A DNA stretch of 64,000 nt, taken from Smithellaceae bacterium. Its GTDB lineage: Bacteria > Desulfobacterota > Syntrophia > Syntrophales > Smithellaceae. Numbering within the stretch: the first letter of the stretch is position 1; the number at the start of each line of letters is the position of its first letter. The position numbers were made by a program, and so were the translations under genes. The stretch spans positions 2,336,001 through 2,400,000 of the forward strand of contig CAXXVL010000002.1 of the NCBI GenBank assembly GCA_963667845.2, in the 5' to 3' direction. Under the pieces are notes generated by a model. That model worked only from the letters and a program-made list of their open reading frames with translations, had not been told where the DNA came from and made no database searches. Of this stretch, positions 10,038-19,528 are shown piece after piece.

Positions 10038-10364
10038 ATGTTCAAGCAAGTCATAATCGGTGCGGTGTTATTTACAGTCGTCATCATTGCAGTCGGAACA
10101 GTCGGCCTGCACTATAAAGAGCAGAAATTATATCGGGAGGAGATTGCCATGACTATGTCGGAAATAAATTATCTGGAAACGGCTTTAAAAAAGAAAAATG
10201 CTGACGACTGCATCGTTGAGCGTGCCGCCTATGGATGGAAATGTACGGATTTCAAAGGCCGGGTCTACAAAGTGTTCAGGGATGAAGATAAGATGAGAGC
10301 GGCCCGATTGCGTTTACCGCGTGGTTCAAATCATGAAGAAGTGGCGCAGGTGGAAATTTACTAG
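10038..10364 (+). CDS. Hypothetical membrane-anchored protein
   Basis: GAGGAGG RBS, N-terminal TM helix, no recognised motif. Confidence 0.6.
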   Translation: MFKQVIIGAVLFTVVIIAVGTVGLHYKEQKLYREEIAMTMSEINYLETALKKKNADDCIVERAAYGWKCTDFKGRVYKVFRDEDKMRAARLRLPRGSNHEEVAQVEIY

Positions 10365-10523
10365 CCGGTCATTTGTTGGAGCGTTCAGATAGTCCGACCA
10401 CCGTTCGCGCAAGTATTTTATCGCGGAATCGGCGTTTCAAAGATATTCTTCTACGAACACTGACAGTACACGATGTGCTGAGCCGGAGCAATTCCAGACG
10501 CATTGGCGTAAAAAGGATTTATA

Positions 10524-10817
10524 ATGAACAATATTATTCTTTGCGAGTCGTGCGGATGCAGCGGACGGGCTGTTAATGCCGCGCCGGTGGACGATTCACG
10601 ATATCCCTTATTCTATCATCTGGGGCATGATGTTTCTACCGGGCATATGCATTATCGATGCGCGCGCTGCGGCGCCCTGCTTCTTGTTGACCCGATGCAA
10701 ATGATAACCAACCAATTCGTGAGGGGGATTGTTTCGGGATTCGACAGCGCGTTCAACATAGCCCAAAGAGAAAAGCATCACTTTTGCAAACAGACCTATA
10801 AATCTATGCACACCTGA
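10524..10817 (+). CDS. Hypothetical zinc-ribbon-like protein
   Basis: CESC...CARC pairs; AAGGA RBS. Confidence 0.55.
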   Translation: MNNIILCESCGCSGRAVNAAPVDDSRYPLFYHLGHDVSTGHMHYRCARCGALLLVDPMQMITNQFVRGIVSGFDSAFNIAQREKHHFCKQTYKSMHT

Positions 10818-11089
10818 AATACCGCAATGAAGAGGCATCTCATCATTTGTTCGAAAATGGTTCGGTTTTGCCCGCTGGATTCATCTTCCTTACCGATCAT
10901 CGTTATTCTATGGTAGGATTTACCAGTCAATTAACAGTTACTAAACTATCATTGCATTAGTGTTTCCTCTTCATGATATTAATCATGATGCTGAAGACGG
11001 GGCTGGCGATTGCACTGCGTTTGAGAAAAGTCTTAACCAATACAGTTTCCGCGAAATGTAAAAAAACATGACAAATCGAGGAGAAAGTT

Positions 11090-11458
11090 ATGGAAAAATA
11101 TTCATCTGCTGCAAAATATTTTCAGATCGTTCTTTTTGTCTTTTTGGGGGTGGCTTTCGGCGCTCAAATCTCTTATGCCACCACGCCGAAATCCGTCGAT
11201 CTGGCGTACGATGCGGGCACGCAGATGTTGTCGGTCACGATTGATCACTCAACGCTGGCCCGCAGCATGCATCATATCAAATATGTCGAGATTAAAAAGA
11301 ATGGCGTGTCTTTCGGCAAAACGGAATATGGCAGTCAGCCCACCGATGAATTGTTCACGTATACATACAAAATCCCGGCCGTAAAAGGCGACATCTTCGA
11401 AGTGACGGCCACGTGTAATATGTGGGGGCACAAGACATCTACCTTTACCGTGCCATGA
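11090..11458 (+). CDS. Exported hypothetical protein, His/Cys-containing beta-sandwich-like
   Basis: Signal peptide; GAGGAG RBS; H..HH..C pattern. Confidence 0.7.
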   Translation: MEKYSSAAKYFQIVLFVFLGVAFGAQISYATTPKSVDLAYDAGTQMLSVTIDHSTLARSMHHIKYVEIKKNGVSFGKTEYGSQPTDELFTYTYKIPAVKGDIFEVTATCNMWGHKTSTFTVP

Positions 11459-11556
11459 TTCTGTTCTCGATTGCCTGAGGAAGAATTGATAACGCGCAGA
11501 CACGCAAGTCACGTGTCTGCGCGGATAAGGCATGCTTTCATTAATAAGCTCTGCCG

Positions 11557-11913
11557 TTATTTCTTGGTCCCCGGCAGTGTTTGGGCATACTCATAAATCA
11601 ACTTCATGTCGGCATCGGAGATTTTGTCTTTGGGGAAAGCCGGCATGATGCCCTTGGTTCCGTCAGCCTTTAAAGGATTCCTGTTAAACGCAGCAAAGGC
11701 GGCGAGGCTTTTCATTTTGGCTGAGCCTTTGACCGGCAGAGCGGGATTGATCACGTTCCCGCCGTCGGCGTGGCAGCCGCCGCAATTTGTGGCATAGAGA
11801 TCAGCCCCGTTCGATGCGGACAGGGACACGCCCCTGGAAAAGATCATGGTAATTCCGCATACGACTGAAACAGCAATGACCAAAAGAATCAAAAACCAAA
11901 TTGTTTGTTTCAT
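11557..11913 (-). CDS. Monoheme class I cytochrome c
   Basis: GADLYATNCGGCH haem motif; MPAF distal Met; N-terminal anchor. Confidence 0.9.
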   Translation of the reverse strand: MKQTIWFLILLVIAVSVVCGITMIFSRGVSLSASNGADLYATNCGGCHADGGNVINPALPVKGSAKMKSLAAFAAFNRNPLKADGTKGIMPAFPKDKISDADMKLIYEYAQTLPGTKK

Positions 11914-11988
11914 GTGACCCCCTGAAATATTAGTCTGATGATTGTCTGAACATTTGTCCTCATCTTGATGAGTGTTTCCGTATATTTT

Positions 11989-13239
11989 TCACTTCACTTC
12001 CTTCGGTTCCAGCACGGGGAGAATCTTATTAAGTATCCAGAAAATAATAAACGGCAGCACGGCGATCAGCAGAGCGCCGCCAAGTCCCTCCTTGAAGGTT
12101 TCCAGACTGTGCGGGATGATGGGCAGACTGTAATCCATGTAGCCGGAAAACGTCAGAGAAAAAGACTGGCCGCCGATGACGACGTTCCAGCGCATCATGA
12201 AGACGCCGAAAAGAACGAGCAGGGCGGATAAGACGGTCCGGCGACGGGTTATGCCGGGGAGCAAAAGGAGGATAAAGGGGACCAGATTCCCCAGGACATA
12301 CTGAAGCAGAAAAATATTGATAAAGTCTTTCCCGTAAATGACGTTTCTCAGGATGTCCCATGATTTGACGGCCGTGTACCCGCGGAAGACCAGGTCGAGG
12401 AGCTCCAGGCTGATCGAGAAGACCATAAAGAAGATCAGGTATCTGACGGTCGTCTGCATCGCTTCGGTCTCCATTCCTTTGATGTTTTGGAATGCGTCCG
12501 CTCCCGCTTGCGTGTGTTTCCGGGAGGCCAGATACTTTTTGACTTCCATGATCACGATGTAGACGAGCAGGCACAAAGCGACGCCGGAAACAACGGCCGA
12601 CATAATAAAAATCACCGGCATGAGCGGGGTCATCCACAGGGCGTTGGCCTTGACCGAGCCAAAGATAAATCCGGCATAGCCGTGCAGAAAACAGGCAACC
12701 GGCACGCCGACCCCCGCCAGAATTTTGGTCGCTTTTGCATCGAGCGAGAGACTTCGCTCGCTTAAATCCATAGCGCCCAGGGTGAGGATTGTGCAGATGC
12801 AGTACTTGACTGTTTCGGCAAGAGTCTTATGTGACTTGCCCTTGAGGCTGATCGATACTTCCACGAGGTGCTTGCGGAAAATGAACCACAGTTCGGACGC
12901 AACGATCGAACCGTAAAGAAAAAGTACAACGCCAAACGCGGCAATTGCCGAGGTGAAATGCGGTGTCAATATGACATTGAGGCTTCTTTCGGGGTGTGTC
13001 AGATGCAGCAGAAGAGGCAGCGGCGCCACCATCAGGAGTGCAAAAGAGAATACCAGGGCAAATCTGGCAATGTCTTTGAGCGGCTTGATGTTGAAGAGGT
13101 GATAAAGGGACGACAGCACGAAGGCCCCGGCCACGAGCCCCGTCATGAATGGGTACATGACGATCTGAATGCTCCAATAAATATATTCATTGGGGTATAC
13201 GAATAATTCTTTGACTGTCCAGAGAGCTTCCAGAACCAT
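11989..13239 (-). CDS. NrfD/PsrC-family quinol-interacting membrane subunit
   Basis: WSIQIVMYPFMTGLVAG, HLTHPER, MRWNVVIGGQ; about 10 TM helices. Confidence 0.92.
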   Translation of the reverse strand: MVLEALWTVKELFVYPNEYIYWSIQIVMYPFMTGLVAGAFVLSSLYHLFNIKPLKDIARFALVFSFALLMVAPLPLLLHLTHPERSLNVILTPHFTSAIAAFGVVLFLYGSIVASELWFIFRKHLVEVSISLKGKSHKTLAETVKYCICTILTLGAMDLSERSLSLDAKATKILAGVGVPVACFLHGYAGFIFGSVKANALWMTPLMPVIFIMSAVVSGVALCLLVYIVIMEVKKYLASRKHTQAGADAFQNIKGMETEAMQTTVRYLIFFMVFSISLELLDLVFRGYTAVKSWDILRNVIYGKDFINIFLLQYVLGNLVPFILLLLPGITRRRTVLSALLVLFGVFMMRWNVVIGGQSFSLTFSGYMDYSLPIIPHSLETFKEGLGGALLIAVLPFIIFWILNKILPVLEPKEVK

Positions 13240-13242
13240 GAT

Positions 13243-14016
13243 TTATCTCACCTCTTCATCGAGCCCGATAAAATAAACCCGGGGATTGGTTCCATATTCC
13301 GGTTTGTGAACGCCAACCCGCTGAGTCCTGATGATATTTCCGATCGGGTCTGCCGGGTCTTTGAGGTTGCCCAGCTGCCTCGCGCCCGTCGGGCAGGCCT
13401 GTACGCAGGCCGGCCGCAGCCCCTGGCTGATCCGGTGGTAACAAAAATTGCACTTATCCGCCACATGGTAGACCGGGTGGAAAAATCGCATGCCGTACGG
13501 ACAGGCCATAATGCAATAGCCGCAGCCGATGCACCATGTCCGGTCGACCATGACCACGCCGTCGGTGTTCTGATATGTCGCGCCGACCGGGCAGACCTGG
13601 ACGCAGGACGGTTTGGCGCACTGGTTGCACAGTTTGGGAACAAAAAAAGCTTTCTTGATGTTTTCCCGGGGAATGTCTTTGAATTTGCCTTGACCCAGGT
13701 CGATTCGTCCGGAGGTGAATCCGTATCGCGCCTCTTTTGGTGTATCGGCAAACACCATGCCGTCTGAGGTCACCACGTACCTCTCAACCCAGGTCCGGGA
13801 AACGTCGGCATCAAAGGGGATTTCGTTTTCGAGTTTGCAGGCCTTGACGCAAAACCCGCAACCGATGCATTTATACGTGTCGACAAGAAATACATAGCGG
13901 CGGGGCGGGGTCGAGGCCTGGACATCGGCGGGCCGGTAAATTCCATCAAGCCCCCGGGCCAGCATGACGGCGGCGGCTCCCTTTACGGCCAATTTTATGA
14001 AATCTCTTCGGTCCAT
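13243..14016 (-). CDS. NrfC/PsrB-like 4x[4Fe-4S] protein with Tat signal
   Basis: MDRRDFIK twin-arginine; CIGCGFCVKAC, CNQCAKPSCVQVCP, CIGCGYCIMACP, KCNFC...CVQACP. Confidence 0.93.
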   Translation of the reverse strand: MDRRDFIKLAVKGAAAVMLARGLDGIYRPADVQASTPPRRYVFLVDTYKCIGCGFCVKACKLENEIPFDADVSRTWVERYVVTSDGMVFADTPKEARYGFTSGRIDLGQGKFKDIPRENIKKAFFVPKLCNQCAKPSCVQVCPVGATYQNTDGVVMVDRTWCIGCGYCIMACPYGMRFFHPVYHVADKCNFCYHRISQGLRPACVQACPTGARQLGNLKDPADPIGNIIRTQRVGVHKPEYGTNPRVYFIGLDEEVR

Positions 14017-14024
14017 CTGCGCTC

Positions 14025-14498
14025 CTAATGCGGTTTAGAGGCTTCATGCGGATTATGACAGATCGCACAGCCGATGCCGGGGTTATGCTGTTCCGGGTTA
14101 ATCCCGGGAATCTGCGATCGCTGACTGGTCGGATAGAGAAGTTTAGCATGGCACCTCAGGCACAGCTCCCGGCTTTTATCCAAAACCAGTTTCGGCGGGT
14201 CTGCGGGATGAGAATTGGCCGGGCCATGGCAGTTTTCGCACTCGATGATCTTGTGCGGCGAAGCGGCAACCTTTTTAGCTTCCGGGGCGTGACAAGCCGC
14301 GCAAAGTTCGCGTCCCTGGTATTTGACCGTCACCTTCTTCCAGTCTTCGACATTAGATTGCCGGTGCCAGCCGTACATATAGCCCCCGTCATGAACGCCG
14401 AAATCATCAGGTATAAAGAAGGGTCTGGCGATCAGGATGATCGCAACGACAGCCAGAATGACTATAAAAGGTCGTAGAACATGCATAACGTCCGACAC
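14025..14498 (-). CDS. Membrane-anchored tetraheme cytochrome c
   Basis: Four CxxCH motifs: CAACH, CENCH, CLRCH, CAICH. Confidence 0.92.
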   Translation of the reverse strand: MSDVMHVLRPFIVILAVVAIILIARPFFIPDDFGVHDGGYMYGWHRQSNVEDWKKVTVKYQGRELCAACHAPEAKKVAASPHKIIECENCHGPANSHPADPPKLVLDKSRELCLRCHAKLLYPTSQRSQIPGINPEQHNPGIGCAICHNPHEASKPH

Positions 14499-14881
14499 TC
14501 CCGGTCGATTTTATGATCTTCCCGGCAACTCAAATTTAAATACTGTTTTTTGAAAAATCGGTTCCGCTGTTATCTGAGACTCGAAGGCGAAAAGAGAAAA
14601 CAGCAAATTTTCCATTTTGGCGAGATTCATAACAGTCTATCTCAAATTACGTGTTTTCGGTTACCGATGCGAACCACAAATCCGGTTTCTAAGGAATCCT
14701 CATTAGTTTAATGTTGATTCGGAATCAGTCAAGAGGTGCGGTCAATCGCGTAAAAAGGGGTGTTGATAGCTACCATTGATTTCTGCGACTCTCTATTTAA
14801 ATTATAGGAAAACAAGTGCATCAACGCCTGGGCAGTTAAAGAATGAATCGACGGGATATCAAACCCGGACAGGAGGTCGTT

Positions 14882-15688
14882 ATGAAGAAAATATCCATCA
14901 TGTTGGCAGCAACGCTCTTGGTGCTGATCGCCTGCATCCCGGCATTTTGTTCATCCGAAATAGAAGGAAAGACGGTTATCTATAAGGCAGGAGACACGGT
15001 CATGAATGGTTACCTGGCCTTCGATAAGGCGCGCACCGGGAAAAGACCCGGCGTGCTGGTGGTTCATGAATGGTGGGGACTTACGGACTATAGCCGGATG
15101 CGCGCCCGGATGCTGGCCGAACTGGGCTACACGGCGCTGGCCGTCGATATGTTCGGCGACGGCAACACGGCATTGAATCCTGATGATGCAAAGCGGTTCA
15201 CCAGCTCCGTGATGAAGGATCCCCAAGTGGCCGAGGCGCGGTTTAATGCGGCTCTGGAATTTCTGAAAAACCAGGAAACCGTTGACCCGAAGCGGCTGGC
15301 AGCAATGGGCTATTGTTTCGGGGGCGGCGTGGTGTTGTTTATGGCCCGTCAGGGTGTTGATCTTAAGGGCATTGTCAGCTTCCACGGTAATCTCGGTACG
15401 GACAAACCGGCCGGGCCCGGCGCGATCAAGGCGAAGCTTCTGGTGCTGAATGGCGATGCCGATCAGTTTACGACACCGGCGCAAATCGTGGCGTTCAAAC
15501 AGGAGATGACAAATGCAGGCGTGGATTACCGGTTCGTTTCTTATCCCAATGCAAAGCACAGCTTTACCAATCCGGAGGCCGATGCATACGCAAAGAAATT
15601 TGATTTGCCCGTAGGCTATAATGCGGCAGCCGACAAGCAATCCTGGGCTGAGATGAAAAAATTTTTTGCTTCGCTCTTTAAGAAATGA
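14882..15688 (+). CDS. Dienelactone hydrolase family protein (exported)
   Basis: VHEWWG, GYCFGG, HSFTNP; AGGAGG RBS. Confidence 0.92.
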   Translation: MKKISIMLAATLLVLIACIPAFCSSEIEGKTVIYKAGDTVMNGYLAFDKARTGKRPGVLVVHEWWGLTDYSRMRARMLAELGYTALAVDMFGDGNTALNPDDAKRFTSSVMKDPQVAEARFNAALEFLKNQETVDPKRLAAMGYCFGGGVVLFMARQGVDLKGIVSFHGNLGTDKPAGPGAIKAKLLVLNGDADQFTTPAQIVAFKQEMTNAGVDYRFVSYPNAKHSFTNPEADAYAKKFDLPVGYNAAADKQSWAEMKKFFASLFKK

Positions 15689-15835
15689 ATCGACGGTTCG
15701 TTACCGGAGGACGGGTCTTCGACGTTTAGTCCCGCGCGTCCTTGCCTGATCCGGCCCCGGGCTGCCGAAGTTCCGTGCTCTTTGATTTTACGTAATTCCG
15801 GGGACGCCTGAGGCGGGATAAAAAAGGAGGGTTTC

Positions 15836-16615
15836 ATGACCAAAAGAATGCCTGCGGTATTTTTCGGACATGGCAATCCGATGAATGCCCTGTCGCAAAA
15901 TACCTATACGGAAGGCTGGGCGAATATCGGCGGAGCGCTGCCCCGTCCCAGGGCCATTCTCTCGATATCCGCGCACTGGTATTTGCCGGCAACGGCTCTC
16001 ACCGCGGTGGCCGAGCCGGAAACGATCCACGATTTCGGCGGATTTCCGAAAGAACTTTACGAAGTGGAGTACCGTGCGCCCGGGTCTCCCGCACTGGCGA
16101 AGCAGGTCAAGACCGCCCTGACGCCGGTTGTCGCAAAACTCGACAAAACCTGGGGGCTCGACCACGGGACATGGTCGGTTCTCAAACACGTCTTTCCCGA
16201 GGCGGATATTCCCGTCGTCCAATTGAGCATCAACGAGAGGCAGCCGCCGCAGTTTCATTATGGGCTGGGCAAAAAACTTGCACCGCTGAGAGACGACGGG
16301 GTTTTGATCATGGGCAGCGGTAATCTTGTGCATAACCTGCATGCCTATGCCTGGGGCCGTGGAAATATTGAAGCCTATGACTGGGCGGTCCGCTTTGAGA
16401 CCAAAGCACGGGAGTTGTTGCAGGCCGGTGATGACAGGCCTCTCGTTGAATATGAGAAACTGGGGCGGGATGCTCTGCTGTCTGTTCCGACGCCGGATCA
16501 TTACCTGCCGCTGCTCTATGTGATTGCGACGCGCCGTCCCGGTGAAAAGATCAGTTTCCCGGTTCAAGGGATCGACGGCGGATCTGTTTCCATGCTCGCC
16601 TGTCAGATTGGCTGA
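15836..16615 (+). CDS. ygiD: 4,5-DOPA extradiol dioxygenase (LigB/YgiD family)
   Basis: FGHGNPMN, ISAHW, TIHDFGGFP, GLDHGTW, GSGNLVHNL, PTPDHYLP. Confidence 0.92.
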   Translation: MTKRMPAVFFGHGNPMNALSQNTYTEGWANIGGALPRPRAILSISAHWYLPATALTAVAEPETIHDFGGFPKELYEVEYRAPGSPALAKQVKTALTPVVAKLDKTWGLDHGTWSVLKHVFPEADIPVVQLSINERQPPQFHYGLGKKLAPLRDDGVLIMGSGNLVHNLHAYAWGRGNIEAYDWAVRFETKARELLQAGDDRPLVEYEKLGRDALLSVPTPDHYLPLLYVIATRRPGEKISFPVQGIDGGSVSMLACQIG

Positions 16616-16680
16616 TCATCAGAAAGCGCGAGCGGGATAAAAACCGAGGGGCTGAACCATTTTCAACCCCCCTGTCGTTT

Positions 16681-17202
16681 TTAATCCTTGCGGGAGGGGT
16701 GGGGTCTCTCTTTCCGGTCGTCAGTTTCGAAGGTATTCGACAGCAGCTTGAGCGTGATGCCCAGGACGAGGATCACGGAAACGTTGACGACAAGCTCAAT
16801 CATCGCGTTTACGAAGGCATCCCCCTGCATCGTTTCCACGGACAATTTGGCGCTGATCGATAGGATGCCCCGGGTTGCGGAAACGATGCCGATATTCAGA
16901 AAAGGACGCAAAGAGGTTTTGTGCTCTTCCAGGTAGTGGATGACGGTGCCCATGACTTCCACGATGATGATGACCAGGAGCAGATCAGAGACGAACCGGA
17001 TGATCGCTTCCGCCGCCTTTCTCGGTTCCTGAACCTTTAGAATGCACGAACTGAAATCCCAATAGCTATATGCCAGAGCGACCAGCGCGGCCACCAGGAA
17101 GCTGACGCCGACAATGGCATAAAGAAAGGAATCGGCCGCGCGTAGTTTGCCTCTCGAGATCGCAGCAATGTAATCCTTCACTTTCTCGTCACTTTGACTC
17201 AT
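16681..17202 (-). CDS. PsiE-like membrane protein
   Basis: DLLLVIIIVEVMGTV...LRPFLNIGIVSATRGIL, 4 TM helices. Confidence 0.8.
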   Translation of the reverse strand: MSQSDEKVKDYIAAISRGKLRAADSFLYAIVGVSFLVAALVALAYSYWDFSSCILKVQEPRKAAEAIIRFVSDLLLVIIIVEVMGTVIHYLEEHKTSLRPFLNIGIVSATRGILSISAKLSVETMQGDAFVNAMIELVVNVSVILVLGITLKLLSNTFETDDRKERPHPSRKD

Positions 17203-17289
17203 GCAACTGTCCTTTCGCCGTTCGCTTGCGATTGTGCCGGGGTCGAATGAAAGATAGGTCTTTTTACTCCTGACCGGGCTGCGCCGGGG

Positions 17290-17748
17290 CTATGTTTTCT
17301 TTCTCTGGTGCGGTGATTCCACGACGTCCTCGTCCGCAGGAACCGGGACATTGAAATACCTACAGACTTTGGCGAGGATCTGATTGTCGGTCATTTCGTC
17401 CGCAGTCTCCACGGCGGCAATGCGCGAGCCGAGATTGTTCTTTTCCAGCTGCTTTTTGAGTTCTTTCTTGGCTTCGCCCGGGCCGAAAATGAGAATAGAC
17501 TCGGCCGTGCAGACGGCGTCAGTGATTTGGTTATAGTAATTCTTTAAGTGCTCGGTAAACTCTCTTTGGAGCCTGTCGTCAGCTGGAATCATCCTGTCTT
17601 TATGGGGTCCTGTCAGGCTGGGGTCACCTGCGGCGCGAGCATGTTTTTCAGTGTTTGATTTTATCACTGTTTTGTTTACCCCGCTATCCGTGAGTGTCAT
17701 AATTACGGCCTGCCGATGATCAATCCATAATCCGATTTTTGCCGCCAT
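17290..17748 (-). CDS. Bacterial eRF1-domain-like (baeRF/host-attachment-like) protein
   Basis: GLWIDHRQAVI, ILIFGPGEAKKEL, ETADEMTDNQ. Confidence 0.75.
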   Translation of the reverse strand: MAAKIGLWIDHRQAVIMTLTDSGVNKTVIKSNTEKHARAAGDPSLTGPHKDRMIPADDRLQREFTEHLKNYYNQITDAVCTAESILIFGPGEAKKELKKQLEKNNLGSRIAAVETADEMTDNQILAKVCRYFNVPVPADEDVVESPHQRKKT

Positions 17749-17986
17749 GAATTCCTCCTTAAAATGATTGATAAGCCGATGGAGATGATTTCATCATTTA
17801 CAACTCCCGTTTCCATTATTAGCTATTATAGAAATGAATACGGCAAAAGATATGGTAGTATTTTGCCAGATTAATAGTAGCTAATTCCTGACCTATAAAA
17901 AGAATGGATTCTGGTGTAAGCAATTTACGTATTGAAGACGGTCTGAGAGAAATACAGGAGCCTGTTGGATAAAAGGAGACGACATC

Positions 17987-18358
17987 ATGCAGTTTACATT
18001 CGCCCATAACAATTTTAACGTGTTGAATCTGGAAAAAAGTCTGGCCTTCTATAAAGAAGCGCTGTTTCTCACGGAGGTGCGGCGCCACGAACCGCCGGAC
18101 GGGAGCTTTATCCTGGTCTTTCTCGGCGACGGGCAGACGCCGCATCAGTTGGAACTCACCTGGATGAAAGACCGTAAGGAAGCCTATAGTTTGGGTGATA
18201 ATGAGTTTCATCTGGCGTTCAAGGCGGATGATTTCGCCGCGGCGCATCGGCTGCACGAAAAAATGGGATGCATCTGTTTTGAAAATAAAGCAATGGGTAT
18301 TTATTTCATCAATGATCCGGACGATTATTGGATTGAAATTATCCCCCACAAGCGATAA
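17987..18358 (+). CDS. gloA: Lactoylglutathione lyase / VOC family
   Basis: HNNFNVLNLEKSLAFY, LELTW, HLAF, DPDDYWIEI. Confidence 0.85.
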   Translation: MQFTFAHNNFNVLNLEKSLAFYKEALFLTEVRRHEPPDGSFILVFLGDGQTPHQLELTWMKDRKEAYSLGDNEFHLAFKADDFAAAHRLHEKMGCICFENKAMGIYFINDPDDYWIEIIPHKR

Positions 18359-18524
18359 ACACGGAACGTTCAGGATACTGTAAGTGATTTATGGTTTGAA
18401 GCGCAAACAAAGTCTCAATGCTGACTGCTAAGGGCGATGCATATTGACGGTTGGCATTAGGTCAGACTTCCCTGGAATCCACAAAGGCAAAAAAGGGGAA
18501 GCTAACGAAGAAAGGAGAAGATCG

Positions 18525-19127
18525 ATGAAGAAGTTACTTTTGAAAATAATATTTCTAAGCGTGGTGGTTTTGATACCGGCAGCCGTCATGGCGCAGGTAC
18601 AGGTTCGCATTAATGTTCCTCTGCCTCCGCCAATCATTTTTCCGGCGCCGCCGCATGTGGTCGTGATCCCGGAAACCGATGTTTACGCAGTTCCCGATGT
18701 CGATGCCGACATATACTTTTATGGCGGCTGGTGGTGGCGGCCCTGGGAAGGCCGCTGGTATCGTTCCCACTATTATGACAGGGGTTGGGGTTATTACAAG
18801 GGCACGCCATCTTTCCACCGGCAGGTTCCTCCCGGCTGGAGAAATGATTACAGAGACCGCCGCTGGAGAGGTCACGAGTGGGACCATCGTCCCATCCCTT
18901 ACCGCGAAGCGGAAAGAAACTGGAGCAACTGGAAAAGAGACAGGCACTGGGAAAAGGAAAATTACTACGGCGTGAAGGGGATGGACCGCGGACCCCGTGA
19001 CCGCGGACAGTACCGCGACAGACAGGATCGGGGACCGGACAGAGGCCGTGATCGGGGGCCTGACAGAGGAGATAGAGGCGATCACGAACGAGGCCCGCAT
19101 GACGGAGGCAGAGGGGATCGCCGGTAG
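18525..19127 (+). CDS. Exported Pro/Trp/Arg-rich low-complexity protein
   Basis: Signal peptide, PPPIIFPAPP, YGGWWWRPW, DRG-rich tail; AAGGAG RBS. Confidence 0.8.
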   Translation: MKKLLLKIIFLSVVVLIPAAVMAQVQVRINVPLPPPIIFPAPPHVVVIPETDVYAVPDVDADIYFYGGWWWRPWEGRWYRSHYYDRGWGYYKGTPSFHRQVPPGWRNDYRDRRWRGHEWDHRPIPYREAERNWSNWKRDRHWEKENYYGVKGMDRGPRDRGQYRDRQDRGPDRGRDRGPDRGDRGDHERGPHDGGRGDRR

Positions 19128-19142
19128 AAATACGGGAATGTT

Positions 19143-19180
19143 AAAAAAAGCGCAGCCGCTGATCAGGGCTGCGCTTTTTT
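19143..19180. terminator. Intrinsic terminator (bidirectional type)
   Basis: A7-GCGCAGCC-loop-GGCTGCGC-T6. Confidence 0.85.
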
Positions 19181-19528
19181 ATTCGGATAATCATTACTTT
19201 CATTTACATAAAATGTATTCCCGGACAACCGGATCATCTATCATCTTTCGGTAAACTCCATAAATAGCATAGGCGGCGGCAGTGAATCCATTCCCGGCAT
19301 TTTCAGTGGCTTGATCGGTTTATAAAAATCTGTTGATTTTTATGCAATTGTCCCTTAAAGTCACGGCTGTAAAAGGGTTTTTCTGCCCGGTTACCGTAGT
19401 TTTTCAAGATACCCGGTTGTTGCGGTCTCTCCAATGAATAAACTGCCGAAATTGATGTGCATATAACTATACCTGCGTCATTGTGAATGGAAACAGGTAA
19501 GAAATAAATAGAACAGGGGGAATACCAA

